DNA of 63,270 bases, filler included, from Octopus bimaculoides (GCF_001194135.2; 9 parts of 7 records of this genome joined end to end with filler, not necessarily neighbours in it); one strand, 5' to 3'; positions 50,673 through 63,222 are shown, counted from the first letter of the whole stretch. The notes: generated by a model from the sequence alone, not told the origin. Program-made: numbers and translations.

Positions 50673-50972
50673 ATATATATATATANNNNNNNNNNNNNNN
50701 NNNNNNNNNNNNNNNNNNNNNNNNNNNNNNNNNNNNNNNNNNNNNNNNNNNNNNNNNNNNNNNNNNNNNNNNNNNNNNNNNNNNNNNNNNNNNNNNNNNN
50801 NNNNNNNNNNNNNNNNNNNNNNNNNNNNNNNNNNNNNNNNNNNNNNNNNNNNNNNNNNNNNNNNNNNNNNNNNNNNNNNNNNNNNNNNNNNNNNNNNNNN
50901 NATACCGGAGTAAGCACATGAAATGTGCAACAAGGTGGAAAAAAGAGTACTCAAATACCAGAGGTAGAGTAA

Positions 50973-51111
50973 TATGCTTTAATTAAAAGCAGCAGAAATA
51001 TAACAAAAAAACCGTTACTCTGAGTTTCAAGTTCACGTTCATCGGACAGTTTTGTTAAACTCAGAGTAACGTTTTTTTTATTATATTTCTGCTGCTTTTA
51101 AATAAAGTATA
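50973..51111. repeat. Fold-back: 55-bp arms with a 29-nt loop
   Basis: 50973-51027 vs reverse complement of 51057-51111: 4 mismatches. Confidence 0.9.
51008..51053 (-). ncRNA. Minimal type I hammerhead motif spanning the arm/loop of the fold-back
   Basis: Minus strand AAAACTGT-CCGATGA-ACG(TGAA)CTT-GAAA-CTC(A)GAG-TA-ACGGTTTT; 8-bp stem I, one mismatch in stem II, U4C core, GUA site. Confidence 0.7.
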
Positions 51112-51179
51112 TATATATCTATATATATATATATATATAGATATATATATACACACACACACACATACATGCATATATA

Positions 51180-51330
51180 CAATGGACTTCTTTCAATTTC
51201 TATCTACCAACTCCACTCACAAGGCTTTGGTTAGCCTCAGGCTACAGTAGAAGACACTTGTCCAAGGTGCTATGCAGTGGGACTGAACCCAGAATCATGT
51301 GGTTGGGAAGCAAGCTTCTTACCACAAAGC
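51180..51330 (-). mobile_element. SINE family B head, CpG-decayed
   Basis: aatggacttctttcaatttctatctaccaactccactcacaaggc...gaatcatgtggttgggaagcaag. Confidence 0.8.
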
Positions 51331-51771
51331 CACACACACACAAACATAGACACACAAGAACTGGTGAATGTGACATTATTATTCCATCATTGCCTCTTGC
51401 CATTATACATATCTGTGTAGATCAGAGCATAACTCAGTATCTGCTTTCTCTTGATAAGGACGTTTTTGAAACCTAAAATATTGCAATATAACATGAAGAG
51501 AGAATGTAAACACTTTGTTGTTGTTTTGTTTTTACATACTTTTGTTTCCAACATACATTGTTATGGTTTTCTAAAACATTAATAATTCTGTTTCCACAAT
51601 GTGTTATATAAACTGTACCACGTTATTATGTATGTGTGTAAGTGTGCGTTTATGTGCTTATATGTTAATATATGTGTTCATGTATGTGTGTGCATAGATA
51701 AATATATGTTTCATTTATAATCACCAAACATATTTATATACATATAAATACGTATATATAAACGTATACTT

Positions 51772-51802
<31 letters not shown>

Positions 51803-51889
51803 CATACATACATACATATATACATACATACATATACACACACAGACAGACACACACACATATACATATATACATACATATACATACAT

Positions 51890-51935
<46 letters not shown>

Positions 51936-52308
51936 TACATATATATATATGTATGTATATATANNNNNNNNNNNNNNNNNNNNNNNNNNNNNNNNNNNNN
52001 NNNNNNNNNNNNNNNNNNNNNNNNNNNNNNNNNNNNNNNNNNNNNNNNNNNNNNNNNNNNNNNNNNNNNNNNNNNNNNNNNNNNNNNNNNNNNNNNNNNN
52101 NNNNNNNNNNNNNNNNNNNNNNNNNNNNNNNNNNNNNNNNNNNNNNNNNNNNNNNNNNNNNNNNNNNNNNNNNNNNNNNNNNNNNNNNNNNNNNNNNNNN
52201 NNNNNNNNNNNNNNNNNNNNNNNNNNNNNNNNNNNNNNNNNNNNNNNNNNNNNNNNNNNACACACACACACACACACACACACATACATATAAGCATATA
52301 CATATATA

Positions 52309-53191
52309 TGAGGTGGTATCGAATGGTTCCCAGACTAGTTATGTTTAATAAAAAATAACTTATTAACCTAAGTTTTAATATCATCTCCTTCAAAATAGTC
52401 ACCTTGTGCAGCAATACATTAGTCCCAGTGTCCTTGCCACTTTTGGAATCTGACCTGAAGTTGTTTTCCATAAGTCAGTCAAGGACCTTCTGTAATTTGC
52501 TCTGGATCTCAACAAGTGTTAAAACACTAATCTTTGAGTTGCATTTTCATCTTGGGGAAGAGATGGAAGTCCACAGGTGCTAAGTATGAATAGGGCAGGT
52601 GTGGAAGTGATACCTTGTTGGTTTTGGTGAGAAACTCATGAGTGAGGAGAGCTCGGTGACAGGGTGCATTGTTGTGAAGAATCCAAGTCTTTGCACTCCA
52701 CAGATCTGGTTGCTTTCTCCAAACGTCCTCCCTGAAATGCTTCAAAACTTCACAGTAGGACTCTCGATTGATGGTCTAGCCCTGGGGGACAAATTCTCAT
52801 TGCACAATGCCACATTTCTAGGGGTGATGCTTGTTGAAGGTCTTCCAGATTGCTCATCATCTTCCAGGGACATTCATCCACTTTTGATGTGCATGTTTCA
52901 CTTGAAACATCACACACAACTCATTGTCTCATTGCTGTAAGCTTGCTCACTGTTTCTGTAGCAGACTTCTTGAGTTTAACACAAAATTTTACATTGGCTC
53001 TTTGTTCCTGTCCATGACAAAATCACATTGTACAGTATACATGTGATCATAAAAGCACAAATTTCACAAATTGTGAAGTAAACATAGCAATGATGCTTGG
53101 CACACTGTCTCATGAAGGGCACTGCTAGGTCTCACTGTGCATGTAACTGTGTGCTGCAGAACTAGTCTGGGAACTGTTTGATACCACCATA
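52309..53191 (-). mobile_element. Mariner deletion derivative, same family as 2585-3479, both TIRs present
   Basis: TA|TGAGGTGGTATCGAATGGTTCCCAGACT ... AGTCTGGGAACTGTTTGATACCACC; ORF 52527-52745 PHLPYSYLAPVDFHLFPKMKMQLK; colinear with copy 1. Confidence 0.9.
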
Positions 53192-53200
53192 CATATATAT

Positions 53201-53830
53201 ATGGTTTTGGTTCCCGCAATGAGGAGGGAAACAGGCTGCTGGAGTTCTGGATTGTAATACTAACTTCAGGAAACCTGCCAGTCACCTATTCATTTACTGA
53301 TCTGGTAGACACACTAGTCAAATTCACTACATCCTCGCCAGGAAACGGGAAAGATGGCTACTTATAAATGCTAAAACCTTCCCGGGTGAAGAATGCACCC
53401 CACAACATAGATTAGTAGTTAGCAACTTCAGGATCAGGGCTAAACGGATGCCCAGAAGATGACCAGCATGGAGAAGAAGGATCTGGAAGCTTAAGGATCC
53501 TGCAAATGGGCAGAGATTTAGAGACGTATTACTCAAAGCTTTTGATGAAATATAGGGGGATATAGCATCACATGATGTGGAAGACAACTGGAGGTTTCTA
53601 CAGGACAACCTGTTGAAGGCTACTGACCACATCTGTGGATGGTGCAAAGTCCCCTCTCGACCCAAGGTGCTTCTTACATGGCACTGGCATGGGTGCTCGC
53701 CATATGATACTGGCATGGTTGCTTTTTATGCGACACCAGTACCCATGAGCTTGCAAGACAAAAACCTTTCCATTAACAGAAAAGCGTGCCTCACAATGGC
53801 AATGACAAGGAACACCAAGAAACAGTAACA
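53201..53830 (+). mobile_element. RTE-clade LINE, APE endonuclease and linker fragment
   Basis: GFGSRNEEGNRLLEF..CNTNFRKPASHLFIY*SGRHTSQIHYILARK...TFPGEECTPQHRLVVS...IWKLKD...WRFLQDNLLKATDHICGW. Confidence 0.88.
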
Positions 53831-54039
53831 AATGGCAAAATGCTTTAATGGTGTAGACACATCTGATCCATGGAATTATGGAAAAAGTAACATGAAAAGA
53901 CAATGATGTGATGCAGTTTCTACTGCTTATGATGATGATGATGTTGATGGTGGTCTGTCTGTCTGTCTCTTTTTTGTCTTATCTTCCTCACTTTTTCTCT
54001 TTTTGCTTATATTCTGTCATTATTCTTACTTTCTTCCTT

Positions 54040-54130
54040 TCTTTCTCAACCTTTCTTTCTTTCTCAACCTTTCTTTCTTTCTCAACCTTTCTTTCTTTCT
54101 CAACCTTTCTTTCTTTCTCAACCTTTCTTT
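54040..54130. repeat. 18-bp minisatellite TTTCTCAACCTTTCTTTC x5
   Basis: Direct reading; source of the FSTFLS repeats in ORF 53908. Confidence 0.9.
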
Positions 54131-54724
54131 CTACACCTGTATCTTTTATGTTTTATCTTTCACTTGTTTCAGTTTTGGGAATAAAATTATATAGTTGACT
54201 TCATAAGAATTCATAAACTTCAAGAGAACTGGAAATAATTCATTTTTGGAATGTTGGAGCCTGAAGCAGATAAGTTATAAATAATAGCATGTGAATATTA
54301 GGTTAAAAAACTCCTTTTGGATAGAAAAAGTCAAAGGCTGCTCACAGTCTTCAACTTTTACTATCCAAAGTGTTTCCAACCCAATATTTACATGCTATTA
54401 TTTATAGGTTATCTGTTGCAGGATCCAACATTCCAAAAATGGAATATGATATAGATTTAACTCTGTGTTTGAAAAGAGATATATAGTTATACTACCAGCA
54501 TTTTATTTCTTTATCTTTGTCTTTGTTTTGATATGATTTGCATTGGATTTCCTTTTGCAAATACATTTTTTGTTGGACACATTTGTATTTTATAGAAAAA
54601 CATTTTCATTTAGCGATCTGAAAGTGCTGAGCTTTATGAAGGAGATGACAGAGGACTGAGATATGTGGCACATTGCTATACTTAAGAAGACCCACTCACT
54701 ATAACAGAACTGAAATCCTAAAAC

Positions 54725-54980
54725 CAAGATGCCGCATAAAAAGCATTGGTGTTGGTGCTGGTGCCACATAAAAAAAACACTGGTGATGGTGCCATGTAAA
54801 AAACACCCAGTACATTCTGTAAAGTGATTGTCATTAGGAAAGGCATCCAGTCATAAAAACCAAGCCAGAACAGACTATGGAACCTAGTGTGACCCCTGGC
54901 CTTGCCAGTTCCTGTCACGCTGTTCAACCTATGCCAGCATGGAAAATGGACATTAAATGCTGGTGATGATGTTGATGAGG
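54725..54980 (+). mobile_element. Family C RTE-type tail with GGTGCCAC-AAAAAGCAC repeats
   Basis: ggtgccacataaaaaaaacac...taggaaaggcatccag...cctatgccagcatggaaaatggacattaaatgctggtgatgat. Confidence 0.65.
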
Positions 54981-55378
54981 TGAATGAAAAGGCTTGAGTG
55001 AATGAAGTATTGAAATTTCCAATTCATGAACAGTGTGTTCATATTTATTATGGGCATATCAGATATAGGAAGGATAGTAAATTTCTATTTGACTTTATTC
55101 GCTTGTCATGATTGCTTTGATTTTTCTACCAACTTGGGTGGAATATTGTTGCAAGCTGTGCATAAATTATGTATGAACAATGGGAACATGCATTTTAACC
55201 AGCACATTTTATCATTGTGTGGTTGTTGTTGTTAGTTGAAAACTAAGTTGGACAAGGGTTGACCTCCAACAAAACAAAAATTGTTCTGGCATCATTGAAG
55301 CACATTAGATAATTACTTAGCAATGTAGCTCAAGTCTAATTCTTTCTGTAATTCTTTTTGTAATTCTATCTTTTCCAG

Positions 55379-55484
55379 TTTCTTCATGACTGGCTACTTG
55401 CCTGTTGGATTTGAATTTGCAGTCGAGATTACATTTCCAGAACCTGAAGGAACATCATCAGGGCTAATGAATGCTTCTGCACAG
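55379..55484 (+). CDS. FLVCR: Internal coding exon of an FLVCR/SLC49A-family MFS transporter (choline/ethanolamine/heme transporter family); no other exon recognised in the window
   Basis: Pyrimidine-rich acceptor ...tctatcttttccag| and donor CAG|gtaac; 106 bp, starts in phase 2; translates (G)[35 protein letters not shown], the recognisable FLVCR1/2 motif [36 protein letters not shown]. Paralog (1 vs 2) not resolvable. Confidence 0.9.
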
Positions 55485-55819
55485 GTAACAAAGCAAGGAC
55501 ACTTTTCTTGTTTCCTTAACCTTTTTACTGTAGAAATCAGATATATCAACTCAAAATTTCATTACCTTTAAAGTGTGCAATGCGGTTTTATATATCAATC
55601 TGTCTTTTGTTGAGGAATGTCATGTTTGAATCTATTTTCTGTTGAGATATGTCAAATCTATTGAGACATTTTGATCTGTTGAAAATACCAATTCTATTTT
55701 TTGGTTGATATTTAACATTATTACTGGAACAACCATGGAATTTAATTTTGTAGTAAAAGGTTTAAGAATGCATTGCGAGTGGGAATTGTCAATCATCTCA
55801 CTCAACCATCTTTAATCTT

Positions 55820-56008
55820 TCATTTGTTTCAGTCAGTATTATGCATCCTGAAGTGGTTAGGTGCACAAATCAACTCCATTACTCATTTTTTAAAGTCTGG
55901 TATTTATTATCTCAGTCACTTTGCTGAACTGCCAGATTATGGGGATTGTAAACTAATCAATACTGGTTGTCAAGCAGTGGTGGAGTGTGGACAAATTCAA
56001 GCAAAAAG

Positions 56009-56049
<41 letters not shown>

Positions 56050-56092
56050 CGACGAATCAAACACATATGTGCACACATATACACACACACGG

Positions 56093-56134
<42 letters not shown>

Positions 56135-56225
56135 ATTTATATACATACAGCAGACTTCCTCACAGTTTTCATCATAAAGTTTACTCACAAGGTTTTGGTT
56201 GGCCTGGAGCTATAGAAGAAGACAC
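55820..56225 (-). mobile_element. SINE family B, CpG-decayed
   Basis: catttgtttcagtcagtattatgc...ttgctgaactgcc...tactggttgtcaagcag...ctcacaaggttttggttggcc. Confidence 0.7.
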
Positions 56226-56354
56226 TTCTTTCAGTTTCCTTCTGCCATATGCACNNNNNNNNNNNNNNNNNNNNNNNNNNNNNNNNNNNNNNNNNNNNTT
56301 AATTAATTAANNNNNNNNNNNNNNNNNNNNNNNNNNNNNNNNNNNNNNNNNNNN

Positions 56355-56410
<56 letters not shown>

Positions 56411-57170
56411 ATGTATGTATATATGAGTACGTACATGCACATATATGCTTGTATGTGTATGTGCATGTACGTATACATGTTTGTGTGAGTGTGTACGTAT
56501 GTAAACGTTATAAACGCAGGAGGTTTATGTCTATATATTGTGAGAAGATGGTTGCGTGTATTTTGTTTCTTTTTTCTTTTTTTTTCTTTTTCTACCTATT
56601 AGAGTAACTTCCCTCTTATTTCAACGGTTTTTCATAGCGTCTGTTGCCATTAATAGCCGACGAGAATGCATCGCAGCTCTTCGCTCCGACATTCGAAACT
56701 CCGAGTACTATAATGGCAACTTACAGTTTGTTCTAAATTATAACATATATAAATCATCCTCTATTTATCTAATATCGAGGTCTCATTCTTTTGTTGCCAC
56801 TTTTCATTATTATTATCATTATTATTATTGAGTGGGAGAGCAGTGTATGCCATCAAAGTGACACTGGGGTAAAATATACGAAGCCCATTATACCCATCAT
56901 GACTACCCGTCTGATAAGGGTACACCAGGCACATGCATCACAACCATGTGTGCGCGACATGGTGATCAATCTCATATCAAGATAAACAGTGCATGACCTC
57001 GCAGGTGGAGCCCAGTTAGAATTTTCTTCAGGTCGAGTAGCCCATCCCGCTCAAAAGGTCCCTGAATAAAGGTTGTTTAAGGATGTTGAGCAAAACACCC
57101 ATGTTTCTAAAGGTAAATTATTTAAACCCCAAAGAATTCCTCTCAACACATGGCTATGATGCTCCCCCGA

Positions 57171-57239
<69 letters not shown>

Positions 57240-57469
57240 AAAGTACGTAAATACAGAGTGTCGAGGCTAAATTTGCTACTTTGCATTAAAAAAAATAAAA
57301 AAATATTCCATCCAAAAATAAAAGTATTTTCAAAATTAAAAGATATCATTTACATTGTGGCTGGTAGATAACTGTTTACTCAGAGTAGACGTCCTCAGCT
57401 TCCGCTACGGCCACGGAACCTAGCGCAAGCCGTCCTCACTGTGTCCCTGAGAAGATCTTCGAATACCTC

Positions 57470-58170
57470 CTTCATCTTGGAGCTCCAGCCATGCTTGGTC
57501 TGCAGTCTGGATTCATTACTAGGGTGAGAGACAAAAATCCATCTGTTGTAGGTACACACTGCATACTTTATCGTGAAGCCTTAGCATTCAGATCCTTACT
57601 TACTGAAATGAGAAATGTCCTGAACGTGGCTATCAAGGTTGTCAACTTTGTTAAAGGTGGAGTCTTAAACAGTCATTTTTTCAAACTGTTGTGTAAAGAT
57701 ATGGAATCTGAACGTGAAACATTACTTTTTCACACAAACGTACGATGGTTATCAAAGGGGAACATGCTTGGATGGCTTTATGAACTGCGAGAAGTAGCAG
57801 TATTTCTAGATTTGCAACAGGACGCAGATCTCCATGATAAGTTCCAGTCTGAAGGCTTTCGGCTATCTCTAGCTGGTGGACATCTTCGAAGCGTTGAATG
57901 AATGCTCTCGACCTTAAACTACAAGAGAAAAACATCAATATTCTCACGCACCACAACATTGGAACCTTCATGGCCAAACTCGACCTCTGGAAATGCCGAA
58001 TTCAGCAGGGTAATACAGCCAGTTTTAGTTACTTGGATTCTGCTTTCACTCACGGTAACCTTGATTCTGAGTGAAAGAAACAAATAAGCACTCATCACAC
58101 TGACTTGAAAACAGAATTCATCAGATACTTCCCAGATATAGAGGAAAAGCGTGAAGCTTGGAAATTCATC
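57470..58170 (+). mobile_element. hAT (Charlie/SCAND3/ZBED5-like) transposase fragment, frameshifted
   Basis: MLGLQSGFITRVRDKNPSVVGTHCILYREALA...VVNFVKGGVLNSHFFKLLCKDMESERETLLFHTNVRWLSKGNML; hAT C(x)2H and VRWLS motifs. Confidence 0.92.
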
Positions 58171-58187
58171 AGGAACATACATACATA

Positions 58188-58345
58188 CGACGGATTTCTT
58201 TCAGTTTCCGCCTACGAAATCCACTCACAAGGCTTTGGTCGGCTTGAGACTATAGTAAAAGACACTTGCCCAAGGTGCCACGCAGTGGAACTGAATCCGG
58301 AACCACATGGTTGGGAAGCAAACTTCTTACCATACAACCACGCCT
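58188..58345 (-). mobile_element. SINE family B head
   Basis: cgacggatttctttcagtttccgcctacgaaatccactcacaaggc. Confidence 0.85.
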
Positions 58346-58474
58346 CCGTTTCTATACATGTGTATATATATATANNNNNNNNNNNNNNNNNNNNNNNNNN
58401 NNNNNNNNNNNNNNNNNNTTAATTAATTAANNNNNNNNNNNNNNNNNNNNNNNNNNNNNNNNNNNNNNNNNNNN

Positions 58475-58510
<36 letters not shown>

Positions 58511-59303
58511 TCATGCAAAGGTATTGATGCAAATATATCATACTATTTTTTTGTTTCCTGTAGAAGCTTGTGTCGTTAATTATCTATGAAATTTAATTAT
58601 ATAAATCCTCTAGCACCATATAAAAAAGGATTTTTGGAAGATTCTAGACTCGTCATGTTCTTTCAACACCCGATGCTAACCTTATTAAGGAATCTTACCG
58701 AAGATCTATCAGCATCATAACGAAATTCTATCAACTATCTTCAACGTGTAAGCGTTGATATGCATGAACGTCATGCGCTTGCGCATAGGCGTGTACAAGT
58801 GTATTTTACACACGCATACATATATTTACGCGGATATATAAATATATTTGTATGTATGTATGTATGTATGTATGTATATATATACATACGTACATACACA
58901 CATACGTACATACATACATACATACATGCATAATACATACACACACACACGTATATATATATATATACACACACACATGCATACCTTTTCTCTCTTATTT
59001 GTATTCATTAGCAAATTAAAGAATTTATCGCTTCCACGCTTTTCTGAACTAAAAGTGAAAGCATATATATATATATATANNNNNNNNNNNNNNNNNNNNN
59101 NNNNNNNNNNNNNNNNNNNNNNNNNNNNNNNNNNNNNNNNNNNNNNNNNNNNNNNNNNNNNNNNNNNNNNNNNNNNNNNNNNNNNNNNNNNNNNNNNNNN
59201 NNNNNNNNNNNNNNNNNNNNNNNNNNNNNNNNNNNNNNNNNNNNNNNNNNNNNNNNNNNNNNNNNNNNNNNNNNNNNNNNNNNNNNNNNNNNNNNNNNNN
59301 NNN

Positions 59304-59402
59304 TTCTTCTTCTTCTTCTTCTTCTTCTTCTTCTTCTTCTTCTTCTTCTTCTTCTTCTTCTTCTTCTTCTTCTTCTTCTTCTTCTTCTTCTTCTTCTTCT
59401 TT
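59304..59402. repeat. (TTC)n microsatellite
   Basis: Direct reading. Confidence 0.95.
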
Positions 59403-59814
59403 CTCCTCTCACTTCCTCCCTCCACCTCCGTCTATCATGTTTTACGCCTTGCAACATAGAACCACGTTATCTCAGAAAACAAAACAAAACAACAACAACA
59501 ACAACAACAACAAAAAAAGATGCCATCGAATGATAAAATTGCACAACGAAATGCAAAAGAATACAAGATAAAAAAAAAATGGAGCAGTTTGTTACCAGAA
59601 ATTTTTTTCTGATTCTTTGTTGACTCTCATGTCTCCGGTTAGGAATCGAAACCCATAATGCCGGCTTAGTTCACCCTACAGTCTAATCTTCTGCCGTGCG
59701 TTGATCGATCCAGCGTAAGGAACTTTAAAGTAAAATCTTCTCATGGTGATAGGTGAGAAGTATATGAAATTGTAAAAAGTTAATTTCTTGCGTTATTTAT
59801 ATAGGGAAAGATAG

Positions 59815-60030
59815 CGACGGGCTTCTTTCAGTTTCCGTCTACCAAATCCACTCACAAGGCTTTGGTCGGCCCGAGGCTATAGTAGAAGACACCTGCCGAA
59901 GGTGCCACGCAGTGGGAATCAACCCGGAACCATGTGGTTGGTAAGCAAGCTACTTTATTTCATTAAATATTGGCCATTAAGGCCTTACAAAGAGGGGGCA
60001 AGCTACTTACCACACAACCACTCCTGCGCC
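59815..60030 (-). mobile_element. SINE family B head carrying a 42-bp insertion
   Basis: cgacgggcttctttcagtttccgtctacc...gtaagcaagctactt[insert]gcaagctacttaccacac. Confidence 0.85.
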
Positions 60031-60134
60031 TATGCATATAGATGCATATATACATACATATATGTACATACTTACACATATATATGTATATACATATGCC
60101 TGTATAAACACAGGGTATCAATATATATATATAT

Positions 60135-61560
60135 ATCAGCTTCGATAAACTTAGATATGTTTAGACCAAAGATTGGTCCAGGCCACCATCTCTAATAGCA
60201 CCACCTGATAGGATTATCTAAATCCTTTTAAAGTCAAGTTTTGTGGTATCATGGTCCATTCAAGTAGTGAGTTCTTATTGGGTGAGTTGTATCCAGGTAT
60301 AGGTGGCTTATCTAGTATTCCTTGAAGAAATTTTTCCAGACTCCGTTTAAAGGTGATGGGATCCTTTTCCTCTTTGGTCAGTTTTGGGACAATGTTAAAC
60401 AGACCAGGTCCTGTTGAGGAAAAGAAATTGTGTCACAGTGTACCTATATGTTGTGATCCTGAATTGGGCAGGTGACATATGTCCCGTGGTCCTAGCCTTG
60501 GATGAACCTTGAAGCTAATGTTCAGATCGTTTCGGCAATGCTTGCGGTATATTCTCCACATCATGCAAATGATGTACTGCTCGCGGCGGTGCTGCAGAGA
60601 GTAGAGTTTCAAGGCTTTAAGGCGGTCCCAGTAATCGAGATCAGTCATGCCCTAAATTCGTTTAGTGAATACCCTCTGGGGTGATTCAATTTTCGAGATA
60701 TTTTGTTTCGTATGGGGAGGTCACAGGGGGCAGCAGTATTCGAGGTGTGGCCGTACAAAAGAGGAGAAAAGTGGATTGATGACACCTTGTTCTCTGGACC
60801 GGAATGTTCTTAAGATCCAGGAGTTCATCCCACGAGTTATATCGACCTTATTGTTGATGTAGGCACTCCAACTGAGACTGTTATTAACAATTACTCCTAG
60901 CTCTCTGATATCATTAGATGCTGTGAGCGTTTCCCCTGAAGGAAGAGAGTATGGCTGTTTAAGTATTGTTTTTCTTCCAAAATGCATCAGCTCAAAATTT
61001 TCCCTCATTTAGTTGCATTTTGTTTTTACTTGCCCTTGACTCACCACATATAGATCAGACTGGAGTTGAGTTCTGTCTTCTTCTTCATTGATGATTTTCT
61101 GGAGCTTAGTGTCATCAGCAAATATTTTCACTTTGTAGTGATTTACGACACTGGAAAGGTCGTTTATATAGATTATAAAGAGCAGCGGGCTCAAGAGAGT
61201 ACCCTGAGGGACACCACTGGTGACTTTTGCTGGGCTTGAGTGGAGTCCATCGATCACATGTTGAGTACTATTCGTCAGGAAATACTCAATCCAGTGTAGA
61301 AGTTTTCTACGGATTCCAACATTTGCCAATTTTGAGAGTGAGATATTATGGGCAACTCTGTCGAACACTTTACATATGTCAAGACATATGACATTAGAGT
61401 TCGAACCTGTTCCCAAGGCTTTAAGTATATCCTCGATGTGGTGTCAGAGCTGCGCTAGGCAGTCCCAGCCACAGTGTAAGCCATGATGATTTGTATTTAG
61501 GAGTTTGTGGATCTCCAGGAAACCAGCTATCCTTGATCTTACCACTCTTTAAAATACTTC
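60135..61560 (-). mobile_element. 5'-truncated CR1/L2-group LINE (RT to 3' end), frameshifted
   Basis: ICLDICKVFDRVAH...SGVPQGTLLSPLLFIIYINDL...KIFADDTKL; SFVRPHLEYCCPL; LDYWDRLKALKLYSLQHRRE; ends DKPPIPGY..NSLLEW then a (TA)n tail. Confidence 0.92.
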
Positions 61561-61651
61561 AATGATGTGGGAGGTGAGTGAGATTGGACGATAGTTGACT
61601 GCGAGGGATCTGTTTCCTTGTTTGAAAACCGGGATGACATATATATATATG

Positions 61652-61760
61652 AGGACTCATGGCATAGTGGTTAGAGTGTTGCACTCACGATCGGTAGAAC
61701 GTGATTTCAATTCCTTGACCGGATGGTGCGTTGTGTTCCTGAGTAAAACACTTCATCTCG
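61652..61760 (+). mobile_element. tRNA-derived SINE head
   Basis: tggcatagtggttagag...gatttcaattcc followed by gttgtgttcctgagtaaaacacttcatctc; no CCA or acceptor stem, so not called as a tRNA. Confidence 0.55.
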
Positions 61761-62022
61761 CGTTACCAAGCGATAACCTCGACACCTGAGGCGTGGTACA
61801 CCGTGCACCTATTCCGACAATCTCTATTTGATAGAAAGTGCGGCATGCGCATTTGACCATTGTAAACAAAACATTTGTGTAGATCGTTCGGTAAAAGCTG
61901 GACGCTCCGACGTCTTCGACTNNNNNNNNNNNNNNNNNNNNNNNNNNNNNNNNNNNNNNNNNNNNTTAATTAATTAANNNNNNNNNNNNNNNNNNNNNNN
62001 NNNNNNNNNNNNNNNNNNNNNG

Positions 62023-62181
62023 AGCACCGCCTTTAGTCGAGCAAATCGACCCAGGACTTATTTTTGTAAGCGTAGTACTTATTCTATCAGTCACTTTTGC
62101 CGAACCGCTAAGTTACGGGGACGTAAACACACCAGCATCGGTTGTCAAGCGATGTTGGAGGGACAAACACAGACACACAAC

Positions 62182-62212
<31 letters not shown>

Positions 62213-62375
62213 GCATATACATATATACAACGGGCTTCTTTCAGTTTCCGTCTACCAAATCCACTCACAAGGCTTTGGTTGGTCCGAGGCTATAGTAGAA
62301 GACACTTGCTCAAAGTGCCACGCAGTGGGACTGAACCCGGAACGATGTGGTTGGTAAGCAAGCTACTTACCACAC
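62023..62375 (-). mobile_element. SINE family B, near full length
   Basis: gagcaccgcctttagtcgagcaaatcgac ... cgggcttctttcagtttccgtctacc...gtaagcaagctacttacc. Confidence 0.88.
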
Positions 62376-63039
62376 AGTCACTCAAGGAAAGTTTATGGGA
62401 TTACCCTGGATTTCACGTCCACAATGTGCTTAACTTTACGGCGTGTCACCAGATCCCAAAACCTGTTGGCTTAAGGCCTCCCTAGCGAGTTCCCTATCTA
62501 GAATATGGAGGAGGAAAGGACATCGCTCCTCATTCAATACGATGGCATCAGTATAATTTCTTTGATCTAAAATGGATATTAGACTCCCCAATAATCTCTT
62601 TTATTCTTCTAGGAGACGATCAACACTCAAGAATTGAATGCATTTGTCCGAAACGACATGCTAGAAATCGAAGCTACTTTTCTTCTGAGTCGTATCTTGT
62701 TGTCTTAATGAAACTCACATAGCATAACATAGTCTGGAGAATATTTTTGAGCAGATGGAATCTCTATATGGCTTTTTGATGACGCTAGAAATAGCAACTA
62801 AATCATCACCGAGTCATACCCTACTGTATTAAAAAGAAAAGAAACAAAGATATGAAAATGATTTAAAGTGCATTGAACATAAACATACAGGAAGCGAAGT
62901 ATGAAAGTCACGGTCCAAATGCCTTTAATCAACCATAGAACCGATTGCTCAGAGCCGGCATAGGGCTACACTGCTTATTATAGGTCGACTCCAGCAAGGA
63001 TGACTTGGGGATAAACAAGAAGAGCAATAACAACAACAA

Positions 63040-63069
63040 TAACAATAACAAAGGAATAAACTTGTGGCA

Positions 63070-63109
<40 letters not shown>

Positions 63110-63118
63110 TAGTAGTAA

Positions 63119-63151
<33 letters not shown>

Positions 63152-63222
63152 TAGTAGTAATAGTAGTAGTAGTAGTAGTAAGAGAAGTACTAGTGGCAGT
63201 AGAAGTAGTAGTGGTAGTAGTG

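Noticed and set aside
61652-61730. tRNA-like A and B boxes (also 31190 and all SINE heads)
   Set aside because: No complete cloverleaf; they continue into SINE bodies, so no tRNA gene is called.
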